In this document: positions 17,608-25,829 of the stretch, piece after piece | How the letters are laid out: every line of letters starts with the position of its first letter | How positions within the stretch are numbered: position 1 is the first letter of the stretch | Assembly (NCBI GenBank): GCA_020697255.1 | Contig: JAJFBE010000007.1 | Location: 93,410-125,409 of the forward strand | DNA length: 32,000 bases | Direction of reading: 5' to 3' | DNA from: Burkholderiales bacterium | Lineage (GTDB): Bacteria > Pseudomonadota > Gammaproteobacteria > Burkholderiales > UBA11063 | Position numbers and translations under genes: made by a program | The notes under the pieces: generated by a model | What the model saw: the letters and a program-made list of their open reading frames with translations, nothing else | Told to the model about the DNA's origin: nothing | Database searches by the model: none

Positions 17608-18690
17608 TCACTCTCTACTATCAAGGCTGGCTAATAATTCGGCCTGGTGCTCAGCAATTAAGGCATCGGTTAATTCAAACAGATCACCATCCATAATCAT
17701 ATCCAGTTTATACAAGGTTAAATTAATCCTATGATCGGTCATTCTTCCTTGCGGAAAATTATAGGTCCGGATACGCTCCGATCTATCGCCACTACCAACC
17801 AAACTTTTCCTGGTTGCAGCTATCTTGGATTGTTGTTCACGTAACTGGGCATCCTTAATCCTGGTAGCCAGTAAGCTTAAAGCCCTGGCTTTATTTTTAT
17901 GCTGTGAACGTTCATCCTGACATTCAACCACCAATCCGGTTGGTAAATGGGTGATCCTGATTGCCGAATCTGTTTTATTAATATGCTGCCCGCCGGCACC
18001 GGAAGCACGATACGTATCAATTCTTAAATCTGCCGGGTTAATTTGTGCATCTTGCACCTCATCAGCTTCCGGCATAATTGCCACGGTACACGCCGAAGTA
18101 TGAACACGACCTTGTGTTTCGGTAACCGGAACCCTTTGTACCCGGTGCGCACCTGATTCAAATTTTAACTTGGAATAAGCCCCATAACCAATGATTTTAG
18201 CAATGATTTCTTTATAGCCACCCAAATCAGAAGGTGATTCAGAAATAATTTCTACCTGCCAGGAATTGCGTTCTGCAAATCTTGAATACATACGAAATAA
18301 ATTTGCTGAAAACAGGGCTGATTCATCGCCCCCAGTACCAGCCCTGATCTCTAAATAAATATTTTTTTCATCATTAGGGTCTTTAGGTAATAAAAGCTTT
18401 TGTAATTCAGCTTCTAATTGCAGGATATTTTCTTTGGCAGTAGCCAGTTCTTCAGCTGCAAAATCTTTCATCTGCGGGTCATTAAGCAATTCATTTGCAA
18501 CAGCTAAATCATTAACTGCATCAACATACTGGTGATATGTTGTAACCACCGGCTGTAATTCAGCATACTCCCTGTTTAATTTTGTATACTGCTCCATATT
18601 GTCTGTAACCTCTGGCTGCGATAACAGCCCAGATAGCTCTCCAATACGTTTGGAGAGTATCTCCAACTTATCTATTACACTTTGCTTCAT
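17608..18690 (-). CDS. prfA: Peptide chain release factor 1
   Basis: 360 aa. GGQ motif ([11 protein letters not shown]) and the RF1-type PVT tripeptide ([10 protein letters not shown]). Confidence 0.95.
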   Translation of the reverse strand: MKQSVIDKLEILSKRIGELSGLLSQPEVTDNMEQYTKLNREYAELQPVVTTYHQYVDAVNDLAVANELLNDPQMKDFAAEELATAKENILQLEAELQKLLLPKDPNDEKNIYLEIRAGTGGDESALFSANLFRMYSRFAERNSWQVEIISESPSDLGGYKEIIAKIIGYGAYSKLKFESGAHRVQRVPVTETQGRVHTSACTVAIMPEADEVQDAQINPADLRIDTYRASGAGGQHINKTDSAIRITHLPTGLVVECQDERSQHKNKARALSLLATRIKDAQLREQQSKIAATRKSLVGSGDRSERIRTYNFPQGRMTDHRINLTLYKLDMIMDGDLFELTDALIAEHQAELLASLDSRE

Positions 18691-18692
18691 AT

Positions 18693-18723
18693 TCTTCGTC
18701 TTTGAATCCTGTACTTTGTCATT
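18693..18723. repeat. 31-bp exact direct repeat, copy 1 (immediately upstream of the prfA start)
   Basis: tcttcgtctttgaatcctgtactttgtcatt is identical to 18818-18848. Confidence 0.9.
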
Positions 18724-18817
18724 CCTGATAAATTGCTCCTCATGTAGTACATCTACATTACGTCACAATTTATTACGTCATTTCGCGTCCAGAATCCAAA
18801 TACTTTGAATATATAAC

Positions 18818-18848
18818 TCTTCGTCTTTGAATCCTGTACTTTGTCATT
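18818..18848. repeat. 31-bp exact direct repeat, copy 2 (immediately downstream of the hemA stop)
   Basis: Identical to 18693-18723. The 94 bp between the copies contain ATTACGTCA twice (18757-18765 and 18772-18780). Confidence 0.9.
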
Positions 18849-18853
18849 TCTTA

Positions 18854-20098
18854 TTATAATTCTAAATCATATAAAAATTTAGCCAAATCCGACAAATCGC
18901 TTTGCAATTTGCCATTAGTTGCACATAAATTTACCGTTGGAGCATGCAAAAATTTATTAGTTAGTTTTATAGATAAACTGTCTAAAACATCTTCCACTGC
19001 TTCACCATTTTGCAATTGCCGTTTGGCTCCGGCTAATACTTCCTGACGGATATTTTCACCATTATCTCTTAATGCCTTAATTATTGGGGTAACCTCTTTT
19101 TTATTTAGCCAGTTTCTATAATGAGCAAGTTTTGCATTTATGATTGACTCGGCGTGCGCGGCTGCTATTTTACGCTTATTTACACCAACATCAACAATTT
19201 TTGCGATATCATCAATAGTTAACATAGTTATAGATGAGTTTTTCCTAAGTCCTATGTCACTGACTAATGGCATTGATAAATCAATAATTAATAACTTTTT
19301 TTCCTCGCTAATACTTTTTTGCAAAATATCATTATTTAAGAGTATTTCATCACTATTATAGCTTGCAATTATCACCGAGTATTCATTTACTAAATTAGGC
19401 AAATCCCTTATGTTACTTACATCAGCGCCTATTTTATCTGCAATAGGTTGAGCGTGTCCAGGCGTTCGGTTAATAATAGTTTTTTTATCACAGCGCACAT
19501 TGGCAAAATATGGTGCTATTTGTTTCATCATGTTGCCAGCACCAATAAATAAAATCTTTTGCCTGGCAATATCTTCTACATTAACTGCAACCAAGTTGCA
19601 GGCAGCAGATCCAATCGAAATTGCTATATTATTAATCTCAGTAACATTCCTTACGTCTTTTTCAACCTCCATAGCCATTTGAAAAATGGCCATTAGCGTT
19701 GAACCAATACAGTCATGCTCCTTAGCTAAAGATACTGCATCCTTTGTTTGGGCAACAATTTCAGTCTCACCCAAAACCATAGATTCAAGCCCGGATGCAA
19801 CGCGAAATAAATGATTAACGCACTCTTCATCAGAATGTATATAGCTATGCTTTCTAACAGTTCTGGGACAAACATTCTGGATATCACAAATCAGGTTAAT
19901 TACACAATTGATATCCTGGGTTGTACAATACACTTCAGTACGATTACATGTAGATAAAATAAAAGCTTCTTTAATAATACCTGAACTTTTTAAACGTTCT
20001 AACGCAGGAGGAATCTCATCACGTGAAAACGCAAGTTTCTCGCGGATCTCAAAGTCTGCGGTTTCATAGTTTAAGCCAAATATAAAAGTTTGATACAT
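18854..20098 (-). CDS. hemA: Glutamyl-tRNA reductase
   Basis: 414 aa. Catalytic-Cys motif STCNRTEVY and NADPH-binding motif FIGAGNMMK. Canonical hemA-prfA linkage. Confidence 0.92.
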   Translation of the reverse strand: MYQTFIFGLNYETADFEIREKLAFSRDEIPPALERLKSSGIIKEAFILSTCNRTEVYCTTQDINCVINLICDIQNVCPRTVRKHSYIHSDEECVNHLFRVASGLESMVLGETEIVAQTKDAVSLAKEHDCIGSTLMAIFQMAMEVEKDVRNVTEINNIAISIGSAACNLVAVNVEDIARQKILFIGAGNMMKQIAPYFANVRCDKKTIINRTPGHAQPIADKIGADVSNIRDLPNLVNEYSVIIASYNSDEILLNNDILQKSISEEKKLLIIDLSMPLVSDIGLRKNSSITMLTIDDIAKIVDVGVNKRKIAAAHAESIINAKLAHYRNWLNKKEVTPIIKALRDNGENIRQEVLAGAKRQLQNGEAVEDVLDSLSIKLTNKFLHAPTVNLCATNGKLQSDLSDLAKFLYDLEL

Positions 20099-20186
20099 TC
20101 AATTACTCTCATCTATTTTTAGATCAATGCCTTCCTCGCCTGTATGCGCCGCATACTATAGCACATGATGGCATGACTTTGTTAAA

Positions 20187-21545
20187 TCAGCTACCAGTTT
20201 GTTGCCGGCGCTTAATATTAGCATTAATTTCTGCTAAAAGCTTTTCATCAATATTCCCGGCTAAATAATATAGCTGCAATCTATAATTTAAATATTGATA
20301 ACGAGCCTGGTTATAATTTTGAATAGCTGTTGCATAATTCTTTTCTGAATTTACCAGATCAATACTATTACGCACCCCAACTTGATAGCCCAACCGGTCA
20401 GAGTCCAGTTTAAGTTTAGCCGATTTTAAAGCCTGGGTTTGGGCTTTTACTATACTTACCCCATTTTGTACCTGCCAGAAAGCATTTTTTATATTTTGAT
20501 CGGTTTGCCTCTGTATTGAAAGCAACTGCTGCTGTGATTGAGCATAGGTTGCTCTTGCGGCACGTACCTGCGAATTTATCGCACCACCTGAATAAATCGG
20601 GACATTTAGCTGTAACCCCAATGATCCGGTAGTATAACTGGATAATGGAGTACCAGGTACGCTTTCTGATTGACCCACTGTAGAGTTTTGCCCATCGATT
20701 CCCCCAGCACCCTGATACAAGTAATTACCCGCAACATTTAGACTGGGCAGATGACCAGCTATGGCAATTCGTATGTCCATGTTTGCCATTTCCACCTGTT
20801 TCATAGCAATTTTTATATTGATATTATTAGTTTTTGCCTTATCTGACCAACTATCAGGGCTATTAGGGGTTGGTGTAACTAACATTAAATCATCAATAAG
20901 CGGCTGGATTAATTCCGGATCTAAGCCAACTAAATTCCTATAGATATTCTTTTTATTAATCAGGTCATTTTCTGCCTGAATTTGCTGGGCATTAGCCGAA
21001 TCAAAACCGGCTTTTGCATCATTTACATCGGCAATTGTAACTGTTCCTGCCGTAAAAGATTTCTCTGCCTGGTTTAACTGCTTTTGCAGCGCATTTTTGG
21101 TAATCTTAATTGAGTTTAGGACATCAATGGCATATAACACATCAAAATAGCTCGTAGCAACATCTACAATTAGCTTTTGTTTAGCATTAGCCAGCTGTAA
21201 ATCCGATACCTGTGTTGCATATTTACCTTTTGTGTATTGGGAATATTTGCTCCAATCAAAGACAACCTGTGACAAGGTGGCATTAATAGTTGGTTGGTGG
21301 TAATATGTGCTTGAACCGGACGCCCCTAAATAGTTTTCACTATACCCCCCGGTGGCGCTAATTTGTGGCAATAACTGAGACCTAGCCTGTACGGCACTTT
21401 CCTGACCTGCTATATTTTTGGCTATTTGTCCCAAATAATCAGCATTAAAACCAAGCGCACTGGTATAAGAAGTACTAAGATCAGCTGCATAGGATATAAA
21501 CGGCAATATCGGTGCTAGCAGTATAAAAAAAATTCTATATTTCAT
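20187..21545 (-). CDS. tolC: TolC-family outer membrane efflux channel
   Basis: Outer-membrane-efflux-protein type sequence with two internal repeat halves. Start re-set to ATG 21545 (MKYRIFFILLAPILPFISYA/ADL, a signal peptide); the track start is TTG 21557. Confidence 0.85.
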   Translation of the reverse strand: MKYRIFFILLAPILPFISYAADLSTSYTSALGFNADYLGQIAKNIAGQESAVQARSQLLPQISATGGYSENYLGASGSSTYYHQPTINATLSQVVFDWSKYSQYTKGKYATQVSDLQLANAKQKLIVDVATSYFDVLYAIDVLNSIKITKNALQKQLNQAEKSFTAGTVTIADVNDAKAGFDSANAQQIQAENDLINKKNIYRNLVGLDPELIQPLIDDLMLVTPTPNSPDSWSDKAKTNNINIKIAMKQVEMANMDIRIAIAGHLPSLNVAGNYLYQGAGGIDGQNSTVGQSESVPGTPLSSYTTGSLGLQLNVPIYSGGAINSQVRAARATYAQSQQQLLSIQRQTDQNIKNAFWQVQNGVSIVKAQTQALKSAKLKLDSDRLGYQVGVRNSIDLVNSEKNYATAIQNYNQARYQYLNYRLQLYYLAGNIDEKLLAEINANIKRRQQTGS

Positions 21546-21706
21546 GTAAGACAACAAAAGGCAACTAGATAATCCCTATATTATACCAGATTTAGGGGTC
21601 TTACCCATATCAATTGACCGAAAATTCAAAATTTATACTTTAAAAATGTTACCGTTGCAGCAGTTACATTTCATGATTGAATGGGCCGGTTTACAGAAAT
21701 TCCGTG

Positions 21707-21735
21707 TTTACCCTTGTATAAAATCATGTTATACT
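21707..21735 (+). promoter_or_regulatory. Candidate sigma70 promoter for the 21766-22638 gene
   Basis: TTTACC (21707-21712), a 17-nt spacer, then TATACT (21730-21735), 30 nt upstream of the ATG. Motif match only, in AT-rich DNA. Confidence 0.3.
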
Positions 21736-21765
21736 ATGAGTAGATTTTTATGAAGAGAATTTATT

Positions 21766-22638
21766 ATGAAAAATCGAATGATGTATTTGCTAACTTTTTG
21801 CAGTGTCTTAATCAATGTTGAGGCGGCATCAAGTGCTTCATGTTACTTAAATCCGCAAAAAACATATACTTGCTGCCAAGCAAAGGGATCTTTCTATCTT
21901 AATCCAGCTGACCAAGCTAATAACTCAGCAAAAGGCAGGTCAAATTTCCCGCCATTTTCTATATGGTTATCCCAAGGTACCTGCCCTTCTGAAAATAAGC
22001 ATGATAACCAAGGATCAAAATATTACTATGAAACAAGTAATACTTGCAACCAAAGTGATTATGTTAAAAATGATACGACTTTGTATTCTAACCTTTTTTA
22101 TGGGGATGAAAAAAAGAACACACTTAAAACCCTTAATTATGCTTGTGGTAGTAGTAGCCAAGTTGACCACCCTGTTGTTGATGGTTTGATAGAACGGGTT
22201 TGTGTTTGGAGTGAATATACGTCTGATACACCGAAAAAGAAAACTTATAAATTTCTAACTTTAGTTTATAATAATCTGTTTAAAGACACAATATATCCCA
22301 AAAATAATCTTCCAATTTCAGCTTACAAAGCTCTTGGTAATTATCATGATATAGACGAAACAAACCCAAATAAACTTTTGGCTAACCAGGAAGGAAATGC
22401 CGAGTTTAATGGCACATATATTACAAAATGGACATTTGGACGAGATACTATAACCCTTACACCTTATGGTACACCAGAGAAGTTACAGTGGGTCGTAAAG
22501 TTTGAAGATACTGTAACGCATGAAACATCAGGAGATACTACAAATGCTAAATGCATGCTATTTGATGATATAATTGCACATGGTAACATACAGTATCCCA
22601 ACAGAGATGAATGGTTCAAGGCCTTACCATCTTATTGA
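21766..22638 (+). CDS. Secreted six-cysteine protein, lineage-specific family (paralog C)
   Basis: 290 aa. Signal peptide MKNRMMYLLTFCSVLINVEA/ASSA. Family blocks SCY..TYTC, YACGSS, ERVCVWSEY, YKFLTLVYNN, NAKCMLF and ...WFKALPSY. It is a lone plus-strand gene in a minus-strand region. Confidence 0.75.
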   Translation: MKNRMMYLLTFCSVLINVEAASSASCYLNPQKTYTCCQAKGSFYLNPADQANNSAKGRSNFPPFSIWLSQGTCPSENKHDNQGSKYYYETSNTCNQSDYVKNDTTLYSNLFYGDEKKNTLKTLNYACGSSSQVDHPVVDGLIERVCVWSEYTSDTPKKKTYKFLTLVYNNLFKDTIYPKNNLPISAYKALGNYHDIDETNPNKLLANQEGNAEFNGTYITKWTFGRDTITLTPYGTPEKLQWVVKFEDTVTHETSGDTTNAKCMLFDDIIAHGNIQYPNRDEWFKALPSY

Positions 22639-22650
22639 TTTTTCTAAATG

Positions 22651-22691
22651 ATAACCAGGTTAGTTATAAAACTCCTGGTTTTTACATATTT
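22651..22691 (-). repeat. Relic copy of the 3' end of the sugar-transferase gene (39/41 identical to 22836-22876, including a 30-bp exact run)
   Basis: 22662-22691 equals 22847-22876 exactly. The relic reads ..AKYVKTRSFITNLVII* on the minus strand, compared with ..VKYVKTRSFITDLIIIVTTIGRIFIRK* in the intact gene. Confidence 0.85.
22653..22683 (+). terminator. Candidate rho-independent terminator of the 21766-22638 gene
   Basis: aaccagg (22653-22659) pairs with cctggtt (22674-22680), with a 14-nt loop, running into a T5 tract (22679-22683). It is embedded in the relic repeat described below. Confidence 0.4.
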
Positions 22692-22795
22692 AGCAACAAG
22701 CACAGCCTTGGATAAGTTTTTATTTAAAAAAATAGCGACGCCAGGAGTTAACTTTGGTAGGAAAATATCTAGAAATCTAGTGTTAGCACTTTAGC

Positions 22796-23428
22796 TCATT
22801 TACGGATAAATATTCTGCCAATTGTCGTAACAATAATAATCAGGTCAGTTATAAAACTCCTGGTTTTTACATATTTGACTGCATATCCCAGTTTTTGTGG
22901 CAGGATTTGATTCAGGTACATCTGCTCTGGGTTATTTACTTTAGCAAGTAGCAAATTTTCATCTATCATCTTTATTGATGCCCAGTCAGTAATTCCTGGC
23001 CTAACAGATAAAACTATATCTTTTATTTCCTGTGGATAGATTTTTACATATTCCGGAACCTCTGGCCTTGGACCAACTAAAGACATATCCCCTTTTAGCA
23101 CATTTATAAGTTGCGCTAATTCATCAAGCTTAGTCTTTCGCAAAAACTTTCCTAGAATTGTTACGCGGGCATCATCCCCAACTGTAATATGTAGCCCCAT
23201 ATTTTCGGCATTTACTACCATAGTCCTAAACTTGTAAATTGAGAACTCATGACCATAGTGCCCAACCCTTATTTGCCGAAAAAATACTGGCCCCGGTGTA
23301 GTATATTTAACTAAAACAGCAATTATGATAAATAATGGTGATAATATAATCAGCCCCATCAATGAACACACAATGTCAAATATCCTTTTTATAATGTTGC
23401 CAAATGCTTTAAACAAATTATTAAACAT
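22796..23428 (-). CDS. Small monotopic phosphoglycosyl transferase (bacterial sugar transferase family, PglC / WbaP C-terminal-domain type)
   Basis: 210 aa. N-terminal re-entrant hydrophobic helix, then YKFRTM and KLDELAQLINVLKGDMSLVGPRPEVPEY. The start overlaps the upstream ORF's stop by 8 nt. Confidence 0.9.
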   Translation of the reverse strand: MFNNLFKAFGNIIKRIFDIVCSLMGLIILSPLFIIIAVLVKYTTPGPVFFRQIRVGHYGHEFSIYKFRTMVVNAENMGLHITVGDDARVTILGKFLRKTKLDELAQLINVLKGDMSLVGPRPEVPEYVKIYPQEIKDIVLSVRPGITDWASIKMIDENLLLAKVNNPEQMYLNQILPQKLGYAVKYVKTRSFITDLIIIVTTIGRIFIRK

Positions 23429-23828
23429 TTTTACAATGTTCTTGATAAAAGTATTTAAATTTAGATGCTAAAAATTTTGATTTTAAAAGACCAGCAGCTA
23501 TTTTATTATATAAAATGTCAGAGATTGCTTCATGAGCTATAAATTCTCCACTTTTTACCTTTCTAATTAGATTTTTTGACTCTTCAAGTCTAGCATGTCG
23601 GTAAAAAATAAAGCTGCGATTTTTTATAAAGGGATGTTCACCTGGTTCAATAATACATGCTTCATCAAATATTATGCCATTTCTGATTGTTGAAACATTT
23701 ACTAACAAGACCTCTGATTGTCTGGTTTGGGCTGGATCGGTTAAGATAATAAATAAATGTTTGGTGTCTTTTAAATTATTAGGTGATGAAGGTATAAGCA
23801 ATGTAGCTTTTTTGAATGGAATAAACAT
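23421..23828 (-). CDS. Hypothetical 135-aa protein, putative toxin partner of the Panacea-domain protein (possibly a MazF/PemK-like fold)
   Basis: It begins 2 nt after the stop of the DUF4065 gene. The pattern ATLLIPS..KHLFIILTDP..VLLVNVSTIR..ACIIEPGEHPFIKNRSFIFYRHARL loosely resembles the beta-strand pattern of PemK/MazF toxins. The assignment rests on context and a weak pattern only. Confidence 0.4.
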   Translation of the reverse strand: MFIPFKKATLLIPSSPNNLKDTKHLFIILTDPAQTRQSEVLLVNVSTIRNGIIFDEACIIEPGEHPFIKNRSFIFYRHARLEESKNLIRKVKSGEFIAHEAISDILYNKIAAGLLKSKFLASKFKYFYQEHCKNV

Positions 23829-23830
23829 AT

Positions 23831-24391
23831 TTAATGCTTGAAAACTGAATCTAAATATTCTTCTTCTTTTAGTCTTTCTTTAATTGCAGATATCTGTTCT
23901 TTATTTTTGCCTATAGCTAGCAATAACTCTTCAACTGTGATTGGATAAGCTGAACCATTGGGGTCTTTCCACTCAGCACAATAATTATGAGTATAATCTC
24001 TAATTTGCCACTGATCCATTTCACCGTACTTTTCCCAAACATGCTCTAATACTTCAATATCTGATGTACTTAATTCGTTTAATTTTTCAAGTGGAAATTT
24101 TGCCTTGCTTTTTTTAAGTCCGAGTAAATGATTTGCTCTATCCGTAATCCAGCTATTCCAACCATTAATGCTTGATTTTTGTTCACCATCCATCAATTCT
24201 TTAGTTCTGGATAACACTGGTCCGTGAGGTAATGAATAAAATTTATCACCTGAGATAGAACATTCAAAACGGGCAAAAGATTCCCTCTCTGATAAGTATA
24301 GTAATTTCATAAGTTTTAATAGATACATGCTTCCCCCTTCTTTTTGTAGAAAGAAAGCTGCCATTTGGGTTGCTTTAAGCTCATTGAACAT
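23831..24391 (-). CDS. Panacea-domain (DUF4065, SocA/GepA-like) protein, putative antitoxin
   Basis: LLKLMKLLYLSERESFARFECSISGDKFYSLPHGPVLS matches the DUF4065 core pattern (KLxKLLY..E....G.....F.....GPV). Start re-set to ATG 24391, with GGAG (24402-24405) 10 nt upstream; the track start is TTG 24409. Confidence 0.7.
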   Translation of the reverse strand: MFNELKATQMAAFFLQKEGGSMYLLKLMKLLYLSERESFARFECSISGDKFYSLPHGPVLSRTKELMDGEQKSSINGWNSWITDRANHLLGLKKSKAKFPLEKLNELSTSDIEVLEHVWEKYGEMDQWQIRDYTHNYCAEWKDPNGSAYPITVEELLLAIGKNKEQISAIKERLKEEEYLDSVFKH

Positions 24392-24465
24392 TTTACTATT
24401 ACTCCGCAAATACTTGCAATGCTAAATTTTAGATCTTTGTAAAAATATGTTACGCATACGTCATA

Positions 24466-24474
24466 ATTATATCA
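24466..24474 (-). promoter_or_regulatory. Candidate extended -10 promoter element (TGaTATAAT) for the antitoxin-toxin-transferase unit
   Basis: The minus strand reads TGATATAAT (plus-strand attatatca, 24466-24474), about 75 nt upstream of ATG 24391. There is no convincing -35. Motif match only. Confidence 0.3.
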
Positions 24475-24643
24475 TTTTACTACAGATTTATCATTTTTTT
24501 CATAACCAACTGAGGTCCGAGCCTTCACTTGGTAGTAATAATGATTCTTGTATAGTAATCCGGTAAAATGATGGAATTGATCCAACAAAGCCACCTGTTG
24601 CCATTTCAAACTGGGTAGAATTAGGTATGCCATCTAACTAAAT

Positions 24644-25804
24644 TTAGCTAAGTATCTGATGAATAGTAGCAATGACATAATCCTGATTGTCATCGCTCAT
24701 TTTGGTATATAGCGGTAAACTCACAGCAGTTGAATAGTATTTGGTCGCATGTGGGAAATCTGTTTCTTTTAAATTGTATTCACTCTTCCAGTAAGGCTGA
24801 ATATGTAATGGGATAAAATGTACGCTGGTACCTATTCCCTTTTCGCTCATTTTGGCAATAAATTCATCCCTGCTTACTTTTGCCTCTGGGAGTATATTAA
24901 TTACAAATAAATGCCAGGAATGGATATCAGTCTGCGGATCGGCTACAACCGGGGGTAATTGTACCGGTAAATCTTTTAATGCTTTTTGATATTTTTCTGC
25001 CATTTGTGCACGTCTTTGGTGAAATCTGTGCGCTTTAGCCAGCTGGCATAAACCCAAAGTGCTGGCAATATCAGTTAGATTATACTTAAACCCGGGAGCT
25101 ACTACTTCATAATACCACGCCGGCTTGGTTGAAGTATACCGATCAAAAGCATCCCGGCTAATTCCATGCAAACGCATAACTCTACACCGCTTAGCTATTT
25201 CCGGGTTTTTAGTAACTACCATTCCGCCCTCACCGGTTGTAATAGTTTTTGTAGCGTAAAAACTGTAAACTATAGCATCTGAATCATGCTGCCCAATCAT
25301 TACATTATTAAATGTACTTGGTAATGTATGTGCCGCATCTTCTATAACGCGCAAATTATGCTGTTTGGCAATAGAGAGCAGCTTTGGCATATCACAGGCA
25401 AGACCGGCAAAATGTACCGGAATAACCGCTTTAGTTTTAGGCGTGATTTTGGCTTCAACTTGATCGATATCAATATTTAGGGTTTGAGGATCACAATCTA
25501 CAAATACGGGGTTTGCTCCCAAATAGCGGATAACCTCAGCAGTGGCAGTAAATGTCAAAGTTGGTATAATTACCTCATCACCACTTACTATACCACATGC
25601 CTCAAGTGCTAAATGTAGACCGGCTGTGGCTGAATTAACCGAAATAGCTTCCAATCCCCCACCTAAAAACTCCACAAATTTATGCTCAAATTCACGGGTT
25701 TTAGGACCTGTTGTGACCCATAATGAACGAAGTGTGTCACTTACAGCACTAACTTCTTCTTCGCCAATATCGGGTAGTGCAAATGGTATAAATCTCTGTG
25801 TCAT
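24644..25804 (-). CDS. DegT/DnrJ/EryC1/StrS-family PLP-dependent nucleotide-sugar aminotransferase (PglE/WecE/ArnB-like)
   Basis: [14 protein letters not shown] (PLP-Lys motif), the N-terminus [17 protein letters not shown], and DAAHTLPS. Start re-set to ATG 25804; the track start at 25867 would overlap the ftsK 3' end by 38 nt. Confidence 0.9.
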   Translation of the reverse strand: MTQRFIPFALPDIGEEEVSAVSDTLRSLWVTTGPKTREFEHKFVEFLGGGLEAISVNSATAGLHLALEACGIVSGDEVIIPTLTFTATAEVIRYLGANPVFVDCDPQTLNIDIDQVEAKITPKTKAVIPVHFAGLACDMPKLLSIAKQHNLRVIEDAAHTLPSTFNNVMIGQHDSDAIVYSFYATKTITTGEGGMVVTKNPEIAKRCRVMRLHGISRDAFDRYTSTKPAWYYEVVAPGFKYNLTDIASTLGLCQLAKAHRFHQRRAQMAEKYQKALKDLPVQLPPVVADPQTDIHSWHLFVINILPEAKVSRDEFIAKMSEKGIGTSVHFIPLHIQPYWKSEYNLKETDFPHATKYYSTAVSLPLYTKMSDDNQDYVIATIHQILS

Positions 25805-25829
25805 TATTGTCTTTATAAATTTAAGCTTT

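Noticed and set aside
20142-20156. GC-rich palindrome GTATGCG-C-CGCATAC, 44-58 bp upstream of the hemA start. This could be an operator.
   Set aside because: Perfect 7-bp inverted repeats are expected about once or twice per 32 kb by chance, and there is no second site or known regulator motif. It is noted only as a candidate to examine if hemA regulation is studied.
24500-24604. A 34-codon ORF (MATGGFVGSIPSFYRITIQ..., reminiscent of a Rossmann GxxGxxG N-terminus of sugar epimerases/dehydratases), and a nearby TCACTTGGTAG string that resembles a tRNA D-loop.
   Set aside because: The glycine motif is out of register (ATGGFVGS), there is no RBS, and the ORF stops after 34 aa. I could not fold a cloverleaf around the D-loop-like string, since no acceptor or T-arm pairing exists. 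At most this is a decayed remnant, and I mention it only as context for the glycan-locus finding.
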